This document shows, one piece after another, positions 43,955 through 53,553 of a stretch of DNA of 64,000 nucleotides. The translations under genes and the position numbers were made by a program. The notes below the pieces were generated by a model that was not told the DNA's origin, did no database searches, and worked only from the letters and a program-made list of their open reading frames with translations. How positions within the stretch are numbered: the first letter of the stretch is position 1; every line of letters begins with the position of its first letter. Source of the stretch: Fibrobacteria bacterium (GTDB lineage: Bacteria; Fibrobacterota; Fibrobacteria; UBA11236; JADFYW01); assembly GCA_015232855.1 (NCBI GenBank), contig JADFYW010000005.1:19926-83925 (forward strand), written 5' to 3'.

Positions 43955-45451
43955 ATGAAAAATAATCTTACATATTTCATTTCGACCCTTATACTTATTT
44001 TACTCACTTTACCCTCAGCTTCATTCGCTAAGATAGAGGTGAAAAAGCATGTACTTGATAACGGGCTAACGATTCTCCTTTTTGAAGAACACCAAAGCCC
44101 GGTCATCGCCTGTCGCCTCTTTTACACCACGGGTTCGGTCCACGAAGCCCCTGGGTTTACAGGCATTGCCCATATGCTTGAGCATATGCTTTTTAAAGGA
44201 ACCAAAAAAGTAGGTATTACAGACTCTCTGGCAGACCAGGCATTCATCAGAAAAATTGACAGTATTATTGCCATTCAAAAAAAACTGGATCCCGAAAAAG
44301 ATAGCCTGGGAGTATCCCGAATTCACAACACCTACGATTCTCTCCTGACTGAGCAACGGAAGCTTTTTGTCAAAGATGAATTATGGAGCACTTATCTTAA
44401 AGCTGGCGGTTCTGGACTGAATGCATTTACAAGTGATCTGATGACGGCATATTTTGTCACCCTCCCTAAAAACAAAATGGAACTTTTTTTATGGCTGGAG
44501 TCCGACAGAATGCAAAATGCCATTTTGCGGGAATTTTATCCGGAACGAGATGTGGTGATGGAAGAGCGGCGAATGCGCTACGAAGACTCACCTCTTGGCA
44601 GATACTGGGAAACATTAATAGGAATGTTTTATGAAGCTCACCCCTATCGCCAACCAACCATTGGGTATGCCTCTGATATTAAACACTATACCCGGGAAAT
44701 GGCAGAAGAACATTACCGAAAATTTTATAGTCCCAATAATGCAATCCTGGTGCTGGCAGGGGACTTTACACCAGAGCCCGCATTACAACAAATCAAGAAA
44801 TATTTCGGCACCATTTCCAAAGGGGAAAAACAAATTGAAGTAGTTACCCGGGAACCGGAACAAGTAGGAGCTAAAAACCTTACGGTTCACAAAAATGAAG
44901 CCCAACCTCGGCTTGATATCATGTTCCACACCCCCGGCGTTCCCCATAAAGATATCTACGCTCTTGAAATTGTAGAAGGAGTACTATCCGGTAAAAGCGG
45001 AAGATTATACAGAGAACTTGTCACCCGCCAAAAACTGGCACTATCAGCCTCAGCAGGCAATCAGCCCGATAAATATCATTCAATGTTTCATATCAGTGCC
45101 GGCCTTGGTGCAGACCCCAATGCTGATTCTGTTGAGACCCTTATCTGGAAAGAACTGGATTCACTAAAATCAACCCCCATCAGCAGTCGGGAGTTACAAC
45201 GGGTAAAAAACCAGGTAACGGCAAGAACACTTAGAGAACTACGCAGTATGGAACACCTGGCAACCAGACTTGCTTTTTTTGAACTCTGGAACAGCTGGGA
45301 ACTCATCAACATCTACCCGGAAGAAGTTGATAAAATAACAGCTAAACAAGTCCAGGAAGTCTGTAACCGTTACTTTTTAAAAAAGAAATCAACAACAGGG
45401 CTGGTATTACCCGAAACAGTAACATCATTAAAGAAAAAGACTGAAAAATGA
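43955..45451 (+). CDS. M16 (pitrilysin) family zinc peptidase, catalytic subunit
   Basis: Signal peptide. Inverted zinc motif HMLEHMLFKGT (HxxEH). Confidence 0.9.
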   Translation: MKNNLTYFISTLILILLTLPSASFAKIEVKKHVLDNGLTILLFEEHQSPVIACRLFYTTGSVHEAPGFTGIAHMLEHMLFKGTKKVGITDSLADQAFIRKIDSIIAIQKKLDPEKDSLGVSRIHNTYDSLLTEQRKLFVKDELWSTYLKAGGSGLNAFTSDLMTAYFVTLPKNKMELFLWLESDRMQNAILREFYPERDVVMEERRMRYEDSPLGRYWETLIGMFYEAHPYRQPTIGYASDIKHYTREMAEEHYRKFYSPNNAILVLAGDFTPEPALQQIKKYFGTISKGEKQIEVVTREPEQVGAKNLTVHKNEAQPRLDIMFHTPGVPHKDIYALEIVEGVLSGKSGRLYRELVTRQKLALSASAGNQPDKYHSMFHISAGLGADPNADSVETLIWKELDSLKSTPISSRELQRVKNQVTARTLRELRSMEHLATRLAFFELWNSWELINIYPEEVDKITAKQVQEVCNRYFLKKKSTTGLVLPETVTSLKKKTEK

Positions 45452-46944
45452 AAAAGCTTATCTTTTTTCCAATTACATTAATCCTAATAATTTCATGCAC
45501 CGGTACGGGAGTTGACCTCTCTGACAACTCTGCCATGAATCAAGAAAATGCCATTGCACCGCATTATCGGTCTCTCAACTATCCGGAATTCAATTACATC
45601 CCACCTCATCCTCAAGAAGTAAGGGTACTTCTTGATAGTGGCATTACCGCATACCTGGTAAAAGATACCAGCCTTTCCTTAACCGAAACGCACTTTTATT
45701 TTCCAAATGATTATGTTCCTCAATCTCCGGTTCAGGCTGCGGCCCTCTCCCTCTATTCAGACCTGCTTATTTCAGGAGGAACAAAAGAGCTTTCACCCGA
45801 ACAAATAGAAGACAGCCTTGAATTTATCGCAGCCCATAGCTTTGCCCATCTGGGGGAACATACGGCAAATATGGGATTTAACACCTTATCAAAAGACACC
45901 TGGCCCATGTTACAATTGTTGAAGGCATCTGTTTTAGAGCCCCGATTTGATAGGGACATATTTGCGTTGCAGAAGAAAAAAATGCTCGAAAACATTAAGC
46001 ACCGCTACGACACCCCAAGACACATCGGTAATTTAGTCTACGAATATATCATGTATGGTCATCACCCCTCCAACTGGCTGATAACAGAAAAAGAAGCTGA
46101 AAAGGTTAAGGGGAAAGACCTGAAATCCCACACCGGATTCGGTTTTTTTCCAGAAAGAGTAGTTATCGCGGTTTCAGGCGATTTTCAAAAAAAGCCAATG
46201 ATTGATTCTTTAAAAAACATTCTCCGTGAATTCCGTACTTTAAAACCAGCATCAGACATTCCAGAGGTACCTTTCAGGGGCCCGGAAAAGCCCGGCATCT
46301 ATCTTTTTGATAAAGAATTTTCTCAGGTTACCATTAAGGCAGGCTTTCCTGGCTTAAAACGCCCCCATCCCGATTACTATCCCCTTGCTGTCGCCAGTTA
46401 TATTCTAGGTTCCGGTGGTTTTGCTTCCCGGTTGGTTACGAGTGTTCGTTCCGAAGCCGGGCTTGCTTATGTTGTCAGGAGCTTTGTTGAAAGTGATTAT
46501 TATAGAAAGGGAACCGTTGGGTTTTACCTACAGACAAAGGCAGAAAGTGGAACCCAGGCCATTAAGCTCAGCTTGGATGAAATCAGAAAAATGGCAGATT
46601 CCGGTGTAACCCAGGAAGAACTGCAAGCAGCCAAAAGCGCGTTGGTGCAAAGCCTCCCATCCCTGTTTAAAACATCCCAGGCCACTGCAGAAATTTTTGC
46701 CCAGAGTGAAGTTTGGAAACGGGATTTGGATCATTTTGTAAAATATCCTCAAATTATTAACGCCCTTACCATAGAAGAGGTAAACCGGGTTTTCAAAAAA
46801 TACTTTGTGGCAGACAGCGCAAGAATAGCCATTGTCGGGCCCAAGGATAAAATTAATGGAAACACTAGCGAAGATGCCCCAAAAATCACTTCTTTCGGTC
46901 CAGTCACTGAAATTACAGCGGAAGAATTGGAGAAAAAAGACTGA
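45448..46944 (+). CDS. M16 family peptidase-like protein lacking HxxEH (non-catalytic partner)
   Basis: The ATG overlaps the preceding stop (ATGA). It has the same length and fold-type pattern but no HxxEH motif. Lipobox-like ILIISC. Confidence 0.75.
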   Translation: MKKLIFFPITLILIISCTGTGVDLSDNSAMNQENAIAPHYRSLNYPEFNYIPPHPQEVRVLLDSGITAYLVKDTSLSLTETHFYFPNDYVPQSPVQAAALSLYSDLLISGGTKELSPEQIEDSLEFIAAHSFAHLGEHTANMGFNTLSKDTWPMLQLLKASVLEPRFDRDIFALQKKKMLENIKHRYDTPRHIGNLVYEYIMYGHHPSNWLITEKEAEKVKGKDLKSHTGFGFFPERVVIAVSGDFQKKPMIDSLKNILREFRTLKPASDIPEVPFRGPEKPGIYLFDKEFSQVTIKAGFPGLKRPHPDYYPLAVASYILGSGGFASRLVTSVRSEAGLAYVVRSFVESDYYRKGTVGFYLQTKAESGTQAIKLSLDEIRKMADSGVTQEELQAAKSALVQSLPSLFKTSQATAEIFAQSEVWKRDLDHFVKYPQIINALTIEEVNRVFKKYFVADSARIAIVGPKDKINGNTSEDAPKITSFGPVTEITAEELEKKD

Positions 46945-46994
46945 AAAAAGGCTAAACATCCTCAGACATTCTTTTTTTTATTATTTTGTTTACC

Positions 46995-47822
46995 ATGAAT
47001 ACAACAGCAAAAATATCAGTTTTTTTCCTTATATTTCTTTTTATCGCTAATACCTCAGCTTTCAGACGGCAAAAAGAATATTGTAGTCTTCTCGCCAAAT
47101 GTGGTATTGAAATTCAAATAAAAGAATGTCCTGATTCAATGCGTGTTGGCATTAAAGGTATTGAATACACAGACTCCCGTTGTGCAGAGGCCCGCAGTCT
47201 GGAAGAAGTTGGTGTACTCTCCACCGATTACCAGGGACAAAAACTCTATGGTTTTCTGGGGCAAAAATATCGTGTTGATTATAAAGTAGAGAGCACCCTG
47301 CCGATTAAAACAAGCCGATTTGAATACTTGCTGCAGGATATTCCTCTCGCAGCAAAAGTGGTTAACGCATTTCAAAAAACAAAGTATACCGTGAGCTATC
47401 TTGATGGAGAGCGCAGACGATACTGGCGAGGCGATAACGGAGACAATCTCTCAGGTGAAGCCAACCTGATTGCAGGCAATATAAAGGAAAAACACCTGGT
47501 TTATTTTGGGTTCGGCATTGTTAAAATATTAAAATGGAAACTTAAAGGTCAGGTGCTTTTTGATTTCAAATATAAAGAAGAAAATAACCAGATTATCCCC
47601 TACGACCTGAAGGTTGTTGTCTTTCCAGGTGGTGCAATTGTCAATGCTATTATGAATATGGGGTTATTCAAACGAGTTGTAAAAAACAAAATTTTGGAAG
47701 TCTTCAAAGACATAACAGATTCTGCTGATGACCTTAGCAAGATGCCTTTTGACAAATTACTTCTGAAATACAAATGGACCGAAGAGGATGTGCAGAAGCT
47801 GAAAGTTCTACTTTCCCTCTAA
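46995..47822 (+). CDS. hypothetical secreted protein
   Basis: ATG 46995 gives MNTTAKISVFFLIFLFIANTSA. No family recognised. Confidence 0.45.
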   Translation: MNTTAKISVFFLIFLFIANTSAFRRQKEYCSLLAKCGIEIQIKECPDSMRVGIKGIEYTDSRCAEARSLEEVGVLSTDYQGQKLYGFLGQKYRVDYKVESTLPIKTSRFEYLLQDIPLAAKVVNAFQKTKYTVSYLDGERRRYWRGDNGDNLSGEANLIAGNIKEKHLVYFGFGIVKILKWKLKGQVLFDFKYKEENNQIIPYDLKVVVFPGGAIVNAIMNMGLFKRVVKNKILEVFKDITDSADDLSKMPFDKLLLKYKWTEEDVQKLKVLLSL

Positions 47823-47902
47823 CATCTGAGTCTTCTTAGAGCAAAAGTTTCAATTAAGCTGTTGCTAACACACTACTGAATTCAGCTTTATACCTCATCT
47901 GC

Positions 47903-48113
47903 TGGATTGCCCGGTCAACAGACTGTGTCATAAGTAAGAAAATGCTCCCCATGTACGTCATTGCCCGGCGTGACCGGGCAATCCAGTGAACGAAAGTGAG
48001 CAAAATAGAAGAAAATCGCCATTTCTTTTGGTGGATTCCCCGGTCAAGCCGTGGAATGACATCGTTGAATCATTTTTTCATACTTATGACACAGCCTGCA
48101 AGCCGGGCAATGA
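47903..48113. repeat. REP-like hairpin split by an insertion
   Basis: GGATTGCCCGGTCAA (47903-47917) and CAAGCCGGGCAATGAC (48098-48113) together reconstitute one REP hairpin, GGATTGCCCGG-TCAAG-CCGGGCAATGAC. Confidence 0.8.
47918..48097. mobile_element. 180-bp palindromic MITE-like element inserted in a REP loop
   Basis: Terminal inverted repeats CAGACTGTGTCATAAGTA / TACTTATGACACAGCCTG (17 of 18 match). Flanking CAA direct repeats at 47915-47917 and 48098-48100. Two internal REP hairpins at 47956-47983 and 48032-48059 in inverse orientation. No coding capacity. Confidence 0.65.
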
Positions 48114-48315
48114 CATGTTCATCGCATTAATAATTTTTATTACTTTAAAACAGGAATTGGTGAGCTGTCCAGTAAATTCATTCCAAGTTTTCTTTCACCA
48201 TTTCGAATAAAACTTTACTTTAAAGTAATTCCTTTCTTTAAACGCCTCCTCACTTACCACTTTCCGAAAAAGTAGTTGGTTTATAGTTTTTTTCTTGACA
48301 GTACGACATATGGTA

Positions 48316-48332
48316 TACCACAAGATGTGGTA
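48316..48332. promoter_or_regulatory. 17-bp perfect palindrome upstream of nrdD (candidate NrdR-type or other operator)
   Basis: TACCACA-AGA-TGTGGTA lies 16 nt downstream of a TTGACA hexamer (48295-48300) and about 146 nt upstream of the nrdD ATG. The adjacent ACACAATAAGTTGTTG (48332-48347) loosely resembles an NrdR box. Confidence 0.3.
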
Positions 48333-48477
48333 CACAATAAGTTGTTGCGTGTAAGCTTTCTTTAAACTATTTTCTTCCTGTTCAATTCTTATAAATAATG
48401 ATTTCTCTAATTTTCAATTTTAATGTTTCACAACGAGCCCAATTTTTATCAACCGTTTATTCATAAAGGTGATCTCC

Positions 48478-50628
48478 ATGCCAGATACCCTGTCCCTTCT
48501 TTCAGAACACAAAAACGAACATCAAACTACTTCCGGATTTACAACTATCTGCAAACGTGATGGACGGCTGGTCAATTTCGATGCACACAAAATAATTGAT
48601 GCTATTGCCAAAGCAGGGCAAGCAACCGGTGAATTTGACTTTACCACTGCCAAAAAAATAACGATCCGGGTTACCAACCTGGCGCAACAAATTGCCGGTG
48701 ATGAGATTCCCAATGTTGAAGCAATACAAGATATCGTTGAAGAGGTCTTACTTTCATCCCAATACAAAAAAACAGCAAAGGCATATATTATATATCGGGA
48801 ACAGCATGCACGCATTCGTGAAATTGTTTCTGGCTCAAATGTAGATCTCGTGGATAATTACCTCGACAAAATGGATTGGCAAGTTAAAGAAAATAGTAAC
48901 ATGGCCTATTCCCTTCAGGGGCTTAACAACTATATCTCCTCAGAAATCAGTAAGATGTACTGGTTAAACAAAATCTATCCCCAGGAGATAAAAGAGGCCC
49001 ATATGAACGGTGATTTTCACATGCATGATCTTAACCTTCTCTCTGTGTATTGTGTAGGTTGGGACCTGCAAGACCTCCTGTTACAGGGATTTAAAGGTGT
49101 ACCCGGGAAAGTAGAGTGTAAACCAGCCAGCCATTTCAGAAGTGCCCTGGGGCAAATTGCCAACTTTTTTTATACCCTCCAGGGTGAAGCGGCTGGTGCC
49201 CAGGCCTTTGGAAATTTTGATACCCTTTTATCCCCATTTATCCGGCATGATGAGATTGGTTTTAAGGAAGTAAAACAGGCTCTGCAAGAGTTTATTTTCA
49301 ATATTAATGTCCCTACAAGAGTCGGTTTTCAAACCCCTTTCACAAATATCACCATGGATCTTCAAATCCCTGATATGTTTATGAATACTCCGGTTATTAT
49401 TGGCGGAAAACAACAGAATACCGTCTATGGTGACTATCAGAAAGAAATGGATATTATAAATCATGCCTTCCTTGAAGTAATGTCTGAAGGAGATGCAAAA
49501 GGCCGTGTATTCACATTCCCCATTCCCACCTATAATATTTCTAAAAATTTTAACTGGGATGATCCCAATCTCGAACTCCTCTGGAAGACCACTGCAAAAT
49601 ACGGGATTCCCTATTTTTCAAACTTTGTAAATTCAGATATGTCCCCTGATGACGCACGTTCCATGTGCTGTCGTCTGAGACTGGATTTGCGCAAACTGGA
49701 TAAAAAGGGTGGAGGACTTTTTGGTGCCAACCCACTTACCGGTTCCATCGGTGTTGTAACCATCAATCTTCCCCGCCTCGGCTATTTAGCACGGGACGAA
49801 GAAGAATTTCTAGCCAGACTGGATCATCTCATGTTACTGGCCAGTCAAAGTTTGGAAATCAAAAGAAAAGTCCTGGAAAATTTTACCGATAGCAATTTAT
49901 ATCCCTATTCTAAGTTTTACCTGCGCAATGTAAAAGAACGGTTTGATAAATACTGGCATAATCATTTTTCAACTATTGGTATTGTGGGTATGAATGAAGC
50001 ATGTATTAACTTAAAAAATACCGATATATCTAAAGAAGACGGTCGCCAGTTTACTCTTCGTGTACTTGACTATATGCGGAACCGTTTGATTGATTTCCAG
50101 GAAGAAACCGGTCACTATTATAACCTTGAAGCAACTCCGGCTGAAGGTACCGCCTATCGTCTGGCGCGTATTGACAAACAGAAATTTTCCCGTATGCATT
50201 TTGCAGAGGACAGCTGCGAGTGTGATGTACCTTACTATAGTAATTCGACCCAGCTTCCAGCAAACTACACAGACGATATTTTTGAAGTTCTGGATCTACA
50301 AGACGAAATCCAGACAAAGTATACCGGTGGCACCGTTCTTCATCTCTATATTGGTGAACAGATTACCAACACAGCCAGTGTTAAAAAGTTAGTAAAAAAA
50401 ATCTGTTCAAACTATCGCCTTCCCTATTTCACCGTTACTCCTACGTTTAGTGTATGCCCAACCCATGGGTATCTTCCGGGTGAACAACCCACCTGTCCTG
50501 ACTGTGGAACTGTTTGTGAAATATATTCAAGGGTGGTAGGTTATCTGAGACCTTTAAGCCAGTGGAACGAAGGAAAGGCTGAAGAGTTTAAAAACCGACA
50601 GATGTACAAAATGGATCAGGCAGTATAA
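48478..50628 (+). CDS. nrdD: anaerobic ribonucleoside-triphosphate reductase (class III)
   Basis: AAGGTGAT SD lies before ATG 48478. ATP-cone segment ICKRDGRLVNFDAHKIIDAI. Zn-ribbon cysteines CPTHGYLPGEQPTCPDCG. Glycyl-radical motif SRVVGYLRP near the C-terminus. Confidence 0.95.
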   Translation: MPDTLSLLSEHKNEHQTTSGFTTICKRDGRLVNFDAHKIIDAIAKAGQATGEFDFTTAKKITIRVTNLAQQIAGDEIPNVEAIQDIVEEVLLSSQYKKTAKAYIIYREQHARIREIVSGSNVDLVDNYLDKMDWQVKENSNMAYSLQGLNNYISSEISKMYWLNKIYPQEIKEAHMNGDFHMHDLNLLSVYCVGWDLQDLLLQGFKGVPGKVECKPASHFRSALGQIANFFYTLQGEAAGAQAFGNFDTLLSPFIRHDEIGFKEVKQALQEFIFNINVPTRVGFQTPFTNITMDLQIPDMFMNTPVIIGGKQQNTVYGDYQKEMDIINHAFLEVMSEGDAKGRVFTFPIPTYNISKNFNWDDPNLELLWKTTAKYGIPYFSNFVNSDMSPDDARSMCCRLRLDLRKLDKKGGGLFGANPLTGSIGVVTINLPRLGYLARDEEEFLARLDHLMLLASQSLEIKRKVLENFTDSNLYPYSKFYLRNVKERFDKYWHNHFSTIGIVGMNEACINLKNTDISKEDGRQFTLRVLDYMRNRLIDFQEETGHYYNLEATPAEGTAYRLARIDKQKFSRMHFAEDSCECDVPYYSNSTQLPANYTDDIFEVLDLQDEIQTKYTGGTVLHLYIGEQITNTASVKKLVKKICSNYRLPYFTVTPTFSVCPTHGYLPGEQPTCPDCGTVCEIYSRVVGYLRPLSQWNEGKAEEFKNRQMYKMDQAV

Positions 50629-50632
50629 ACTG

Positions 50633-51331
50633 ATGCATATTGCAGGACTTCAAAAATGCTCATTAATTGACTTTCCAGGAAAATTGGCAGCTACGGTATT
50701 CACTAATGGCTGTAATTTCAGGTGCCCTTTTTGTCATAATGCACAGCTGCTTCGAGGCTCTCCCAGCCGGAACCAGTTCAGTACAACAGATATTTTTAAG
50801 TTTCTTGAAAAGCGGAAGGACTTGCTTGATGGTGTTGTTATAACCGGGGGGGAACCTACACTCCAGACAGATTTACTTGACTTTATAAATACGATAAAAT
50901 CTATGGGTTTTCTGGTAAAACTCGATACCAATGGATATCGTCCTCACATTCTAAAATCAGTAATCCAATCGGGAATGGTTGACTATATCGCAATGGATAT
51001 TAAGAGCGGATGGCGAAATTATAGTGATGCAGCAGGAATAAACATAAACATTGAGAAAATCGAACAAAGCATTTTTCTCATAAAAAATTCAGGAGTTTCC
51101 CACGAGTTCAGATCAACTTTAATGAGACCATTTTTATCACCTCGAGATGTACTTGACATCGCAGCGTACTTATCTGGTACAGAGCAGTACCGTCTGCAAA
51201 AGTTTCTTATGCCTGAAAACTTTCCAGAAAGGGATTTAACCTATCTGATACCATTTACCAAACGGGAATTAAATAAACTTCAGGAGCAAGTTGACCGAAT
51301 CATTACAAAGAGGTTTGTAATCGCAGCCTAA
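50633..51331 (+). CDS. nrdG: anaerobic ribonucleotide reductase activating protein (radical SAM)
   Basis: The CNFRCPFCHN CX3CX2C cluster, GVVITGGEPTL, and its position 4 nt after nrdD. Confidence 0.9.
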   Translation: MHIAGLQKCSLIDFPGKLAATVFTNGCNFRCPFCHNAQLLRGSPSRNQFSTTDIFKFLEKRKDLLDGVVITGGEPTLQTDLLDFINTIKSMGFLVKLDTNGYRPHILKSVIQSGMVDYIAMDIKSGWRNYSDAAGININIEKIEQSIFLIKNSGVSHEFRSTLMRPFLSPRDVLDIAAYLSGTEQYRLQKFLMPENFPERDLTYLIPFTKRELNKLQEQVDRIITKRFVIAA

Positions 51332-51360
51332 TAAGAAAGAATTTGGGAGGTACCGAGCAG

Positions 51361-53376
51361 TTACAACGCAGTCACCTGTCCATCCTGTATGACAAAAGTT
51401 TTAGGCCCCATCATTTTCTTATTCACATTGAAAAAATATTCTCCGATTTTGATAGTTACGCCAGGATAAAATTCTCTCCTTATAATAATTCTGGCACTTT
51501 CATTATCTGCGAGTTTTTCTTCAATAATTTTACGACGCTCTTTAAATGAATCAAGCTGTTTATTCAGCTTTTTTTGGGTCTCAGAAAGCTTGGTTACGAT
51601 TTCCAATTCTTTTTTGGAAAGTTCTTCTCCCTTCTGTCTTTTTCTGGCTAACCTTTTTAAATGCTCTTCGATTTTATCAGATTTGGCCCTGTAGGTTTTT
51701 ATTTTTTCATTAGTTGTATACCGTTCTTCCAACAAAGCATAATCAACACCCGCTTCCAGGAGAGTCTTGGTGCCATTAATATTACCTGCAGCTTCACATA
51801 TTATTTCACGTCGTGCTGAAACATGCCCCCCGACAATTCCAATTTTCTGTCCACCAACTTCTAGCGAGCCCCTGGCAAAAATTTGAGCATTTACCACTTC
51901 TTTAGCGATACAGATATTTTTTCTGCTACGAACCATCTGGTTCCGGACATAAAGTATGCCAACTTCATCAGCCGCTTCAATAACACCAGCCCCATTTCCA
52001 ACAAAACCGGATTTGATCAGCACCTTGCCACCGGCTTTTATCCGACAATCCTCCACTAATCCAAAAATTTCAACATCCTGTCCCACATCAATATTAAAAC
52101 CAGCTTTTACATCCCCTTTTACCATTAAGGTTTTTGGATACGCAATATTTCCTGTGGAAAAATCCACATGTTGTTCAACTACAAAACATTCTGAAACCTC
52201 AATAAATTTTCCGGTCAAACGAGCATTCCCAGAAACTGAAGCCACTAAAAGAGTTTCATCAGAGGCGGATATTTCAGTATTATTACCACCAGGAAGTACA
52301 ACATGTACACCATCTTTAGCAGGCAAAACTTCTCCCTGAATTCCGGTTCCTGGAGTACCCAGGGTAGGAGCATGTAATTTTGCCAGTTTCTGAAGTTTTT
52401 TAACCGGCTTTATAACACTGACGTCTTTGAAATCTGCGCTACCATCTTCCCGAATAGATGGTTTAAGCGATGTTTCAAACGCAAGTAAATGCTCTACTTT
52501 TCCATCAATTCCATCCACCGCTTTTATTTCTTCTGCGGCCAACACCTCCACCACTTTAAAATTCGCCCTGCAATCATCCAACGCTTCATCAATTTCTTCT
52601 GTTTTATAACCTGTCCGTATGCCAGCCTGTTTCATTGATTCCAAAGCAGCATCAAGATCTATTGCTTTTCCTTTAAAGTCTGGAGGATATACCGTAATAG
52701 TAGCGTTTGTTTTATCAGGAGAAATCTGCACATCAACATACCCGTCAAAATTTACAGGCAGAATAGATAATTCTGCATCCACTACACATATAACGCCGGT
52801 TTCTTCAGCCAGGTAGGTTTTTCGCTGTGGATAATACGCTACACCGTTGCCTGTTTTAAACAAATTATCAATACTCGCCTCGATGGGTTTACCATACACA
52901 TCAATACCATCAATTACCATATCTTCAATAGCAAGTTTCAATACTTCAGCACCAACATCTACCCTGTCTATGGGACAAATATCTTGTACTAAGGTATGAT
53001 GCATAACTTTTAATGCTTCTACTTCAGCAAGGGTCTTCACATCGGTTATCCCCATAAATGCAAGCATAATATCAGGAGAGAATTCCACTTTGGGAGGAAT
53101 CCCTTCTGCAAGCAGAGTTTCAGAATAATCTCCTGCCTTTAATTTTATAATAAGCTCTTTTAATGCATTATTTGTAACCCCCGTAACGATTCCTTTTTCT
53201 TCTAATACATTAACAAGGGCTCCTTCCGTAATTTTGGGAACATCTTCTATTTTGCCAACAAATCGAAAGGTTGCCTGAAATTTATCTTCTGAAACAACTA
53301 TCTGAATAAGGGAATCAATAGTACGTTGACCACCCGTTTCGGTATTATCTTGTCTTTGGTTTTCAGGGTCTGGCAT
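51361..53376 (-). CDS. FapA-family (DUF342) protein
   Basis: N-terminal segment DKFQATFRFVG...ITEGALVNVLEEKGIVTGV. Beta-helix-like repeats GDVKAGFNIDVGQDVEIFGLVEDCRIKAGGKVLIKSGFVG... A C-terminal coiled coil (KLSETQKKLNKQLDSFKERRKIIEEKL) followed by VTIKIG. Confidence 0.7.
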   Translation of the reverse strand: MPDPENQRQDNTETGGQRTIDSLIQIVVSEDKFQATFRFVGKIEDVPKITEGALVNVLEEKGIVTGVTNNALKELIIKLKAGDYSETLLAEGIPPKVEFSPDIMLAFMGITDVKTLAEVEALKVMHHTLVQDICPIDRVDVGAEVLKLAIEDMVIDGIDVYGKPIEASIDNLFKTGNGVAYYPQRKTYLAEETGVICVVDAELSILPVNFDGYVDVQISPDKTNATITVYPPDFKGKAIDLDAALESMKQAGIRTGYKTEEIDEALDDCRANFKVVEVLAAEEIKAVDGIDGKVEHLLAFETSLKPSIREDGSADFKDVSVIKPVKKLQKLAKLHAPTLGTPGTGIQGEVLPAKDGVHVVLPGGNNTEISASDETLLVASVSGNARLTGKFIEVSECFVVEQHVDFSTGNIAYPKTLMVKGDVKAGFNIDVGQDVEIFGLVEDCRIKAGGKVLIKSGFVGNGAGVIEAADEVGILYVRNQMVRSRKNICIAKEVVNAQIFARGSLEVGGQKIGIVGGHVSARREIICEAAGNINGTKTLLEAGVDYALLEERYTTNEKIKTYRAKSDKIEEHLKRLARKRQKGEELSKKELEIVTKLSETQKKLNKQLDSFKERRKIIEEKLADNESARIIIRREFYPGVTIKIGEYFFNVNKKMMGPKTFVIQDGQVTAL

Positions 53377-53500
53377 AATAATTCAAATGAAAATAGAAAT
53401 TCTTCTTTATATTATATCATGATTTTAGATTTTACTCCAGAAAGCTTTCGTGACAATCTGTTCAAATAGAGGCTAAAACCAGTTTTTTTGCTTTTTCCGC

Positions 53501-53530
53501 AAAAAAAAGAAGAAATATGTTATTCCTTCT
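53501..53530 (-). terminator. Rho-independent terminator after the PorV-like gene
   Basis: The minus strand reads AGAAGGAAT-aacat-ATTTCTTCT-TTTTTTTT, a 9-bp stem with one G-U pair, located 24 nt after the stop. Confidence 0.6.
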
Positions 53531-53553
53531 TAAAAATCGGCATGCTTAAAACT

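Noticed and set aside
48240-48470. Possible cobalamin or other riboswitch in the long nrdD leader.
   Set aside because: I found no B12-box-like GCCACTG core and no extended conserved helices. The region is AT-rich and unstructured apart from the palindrome reported separately.
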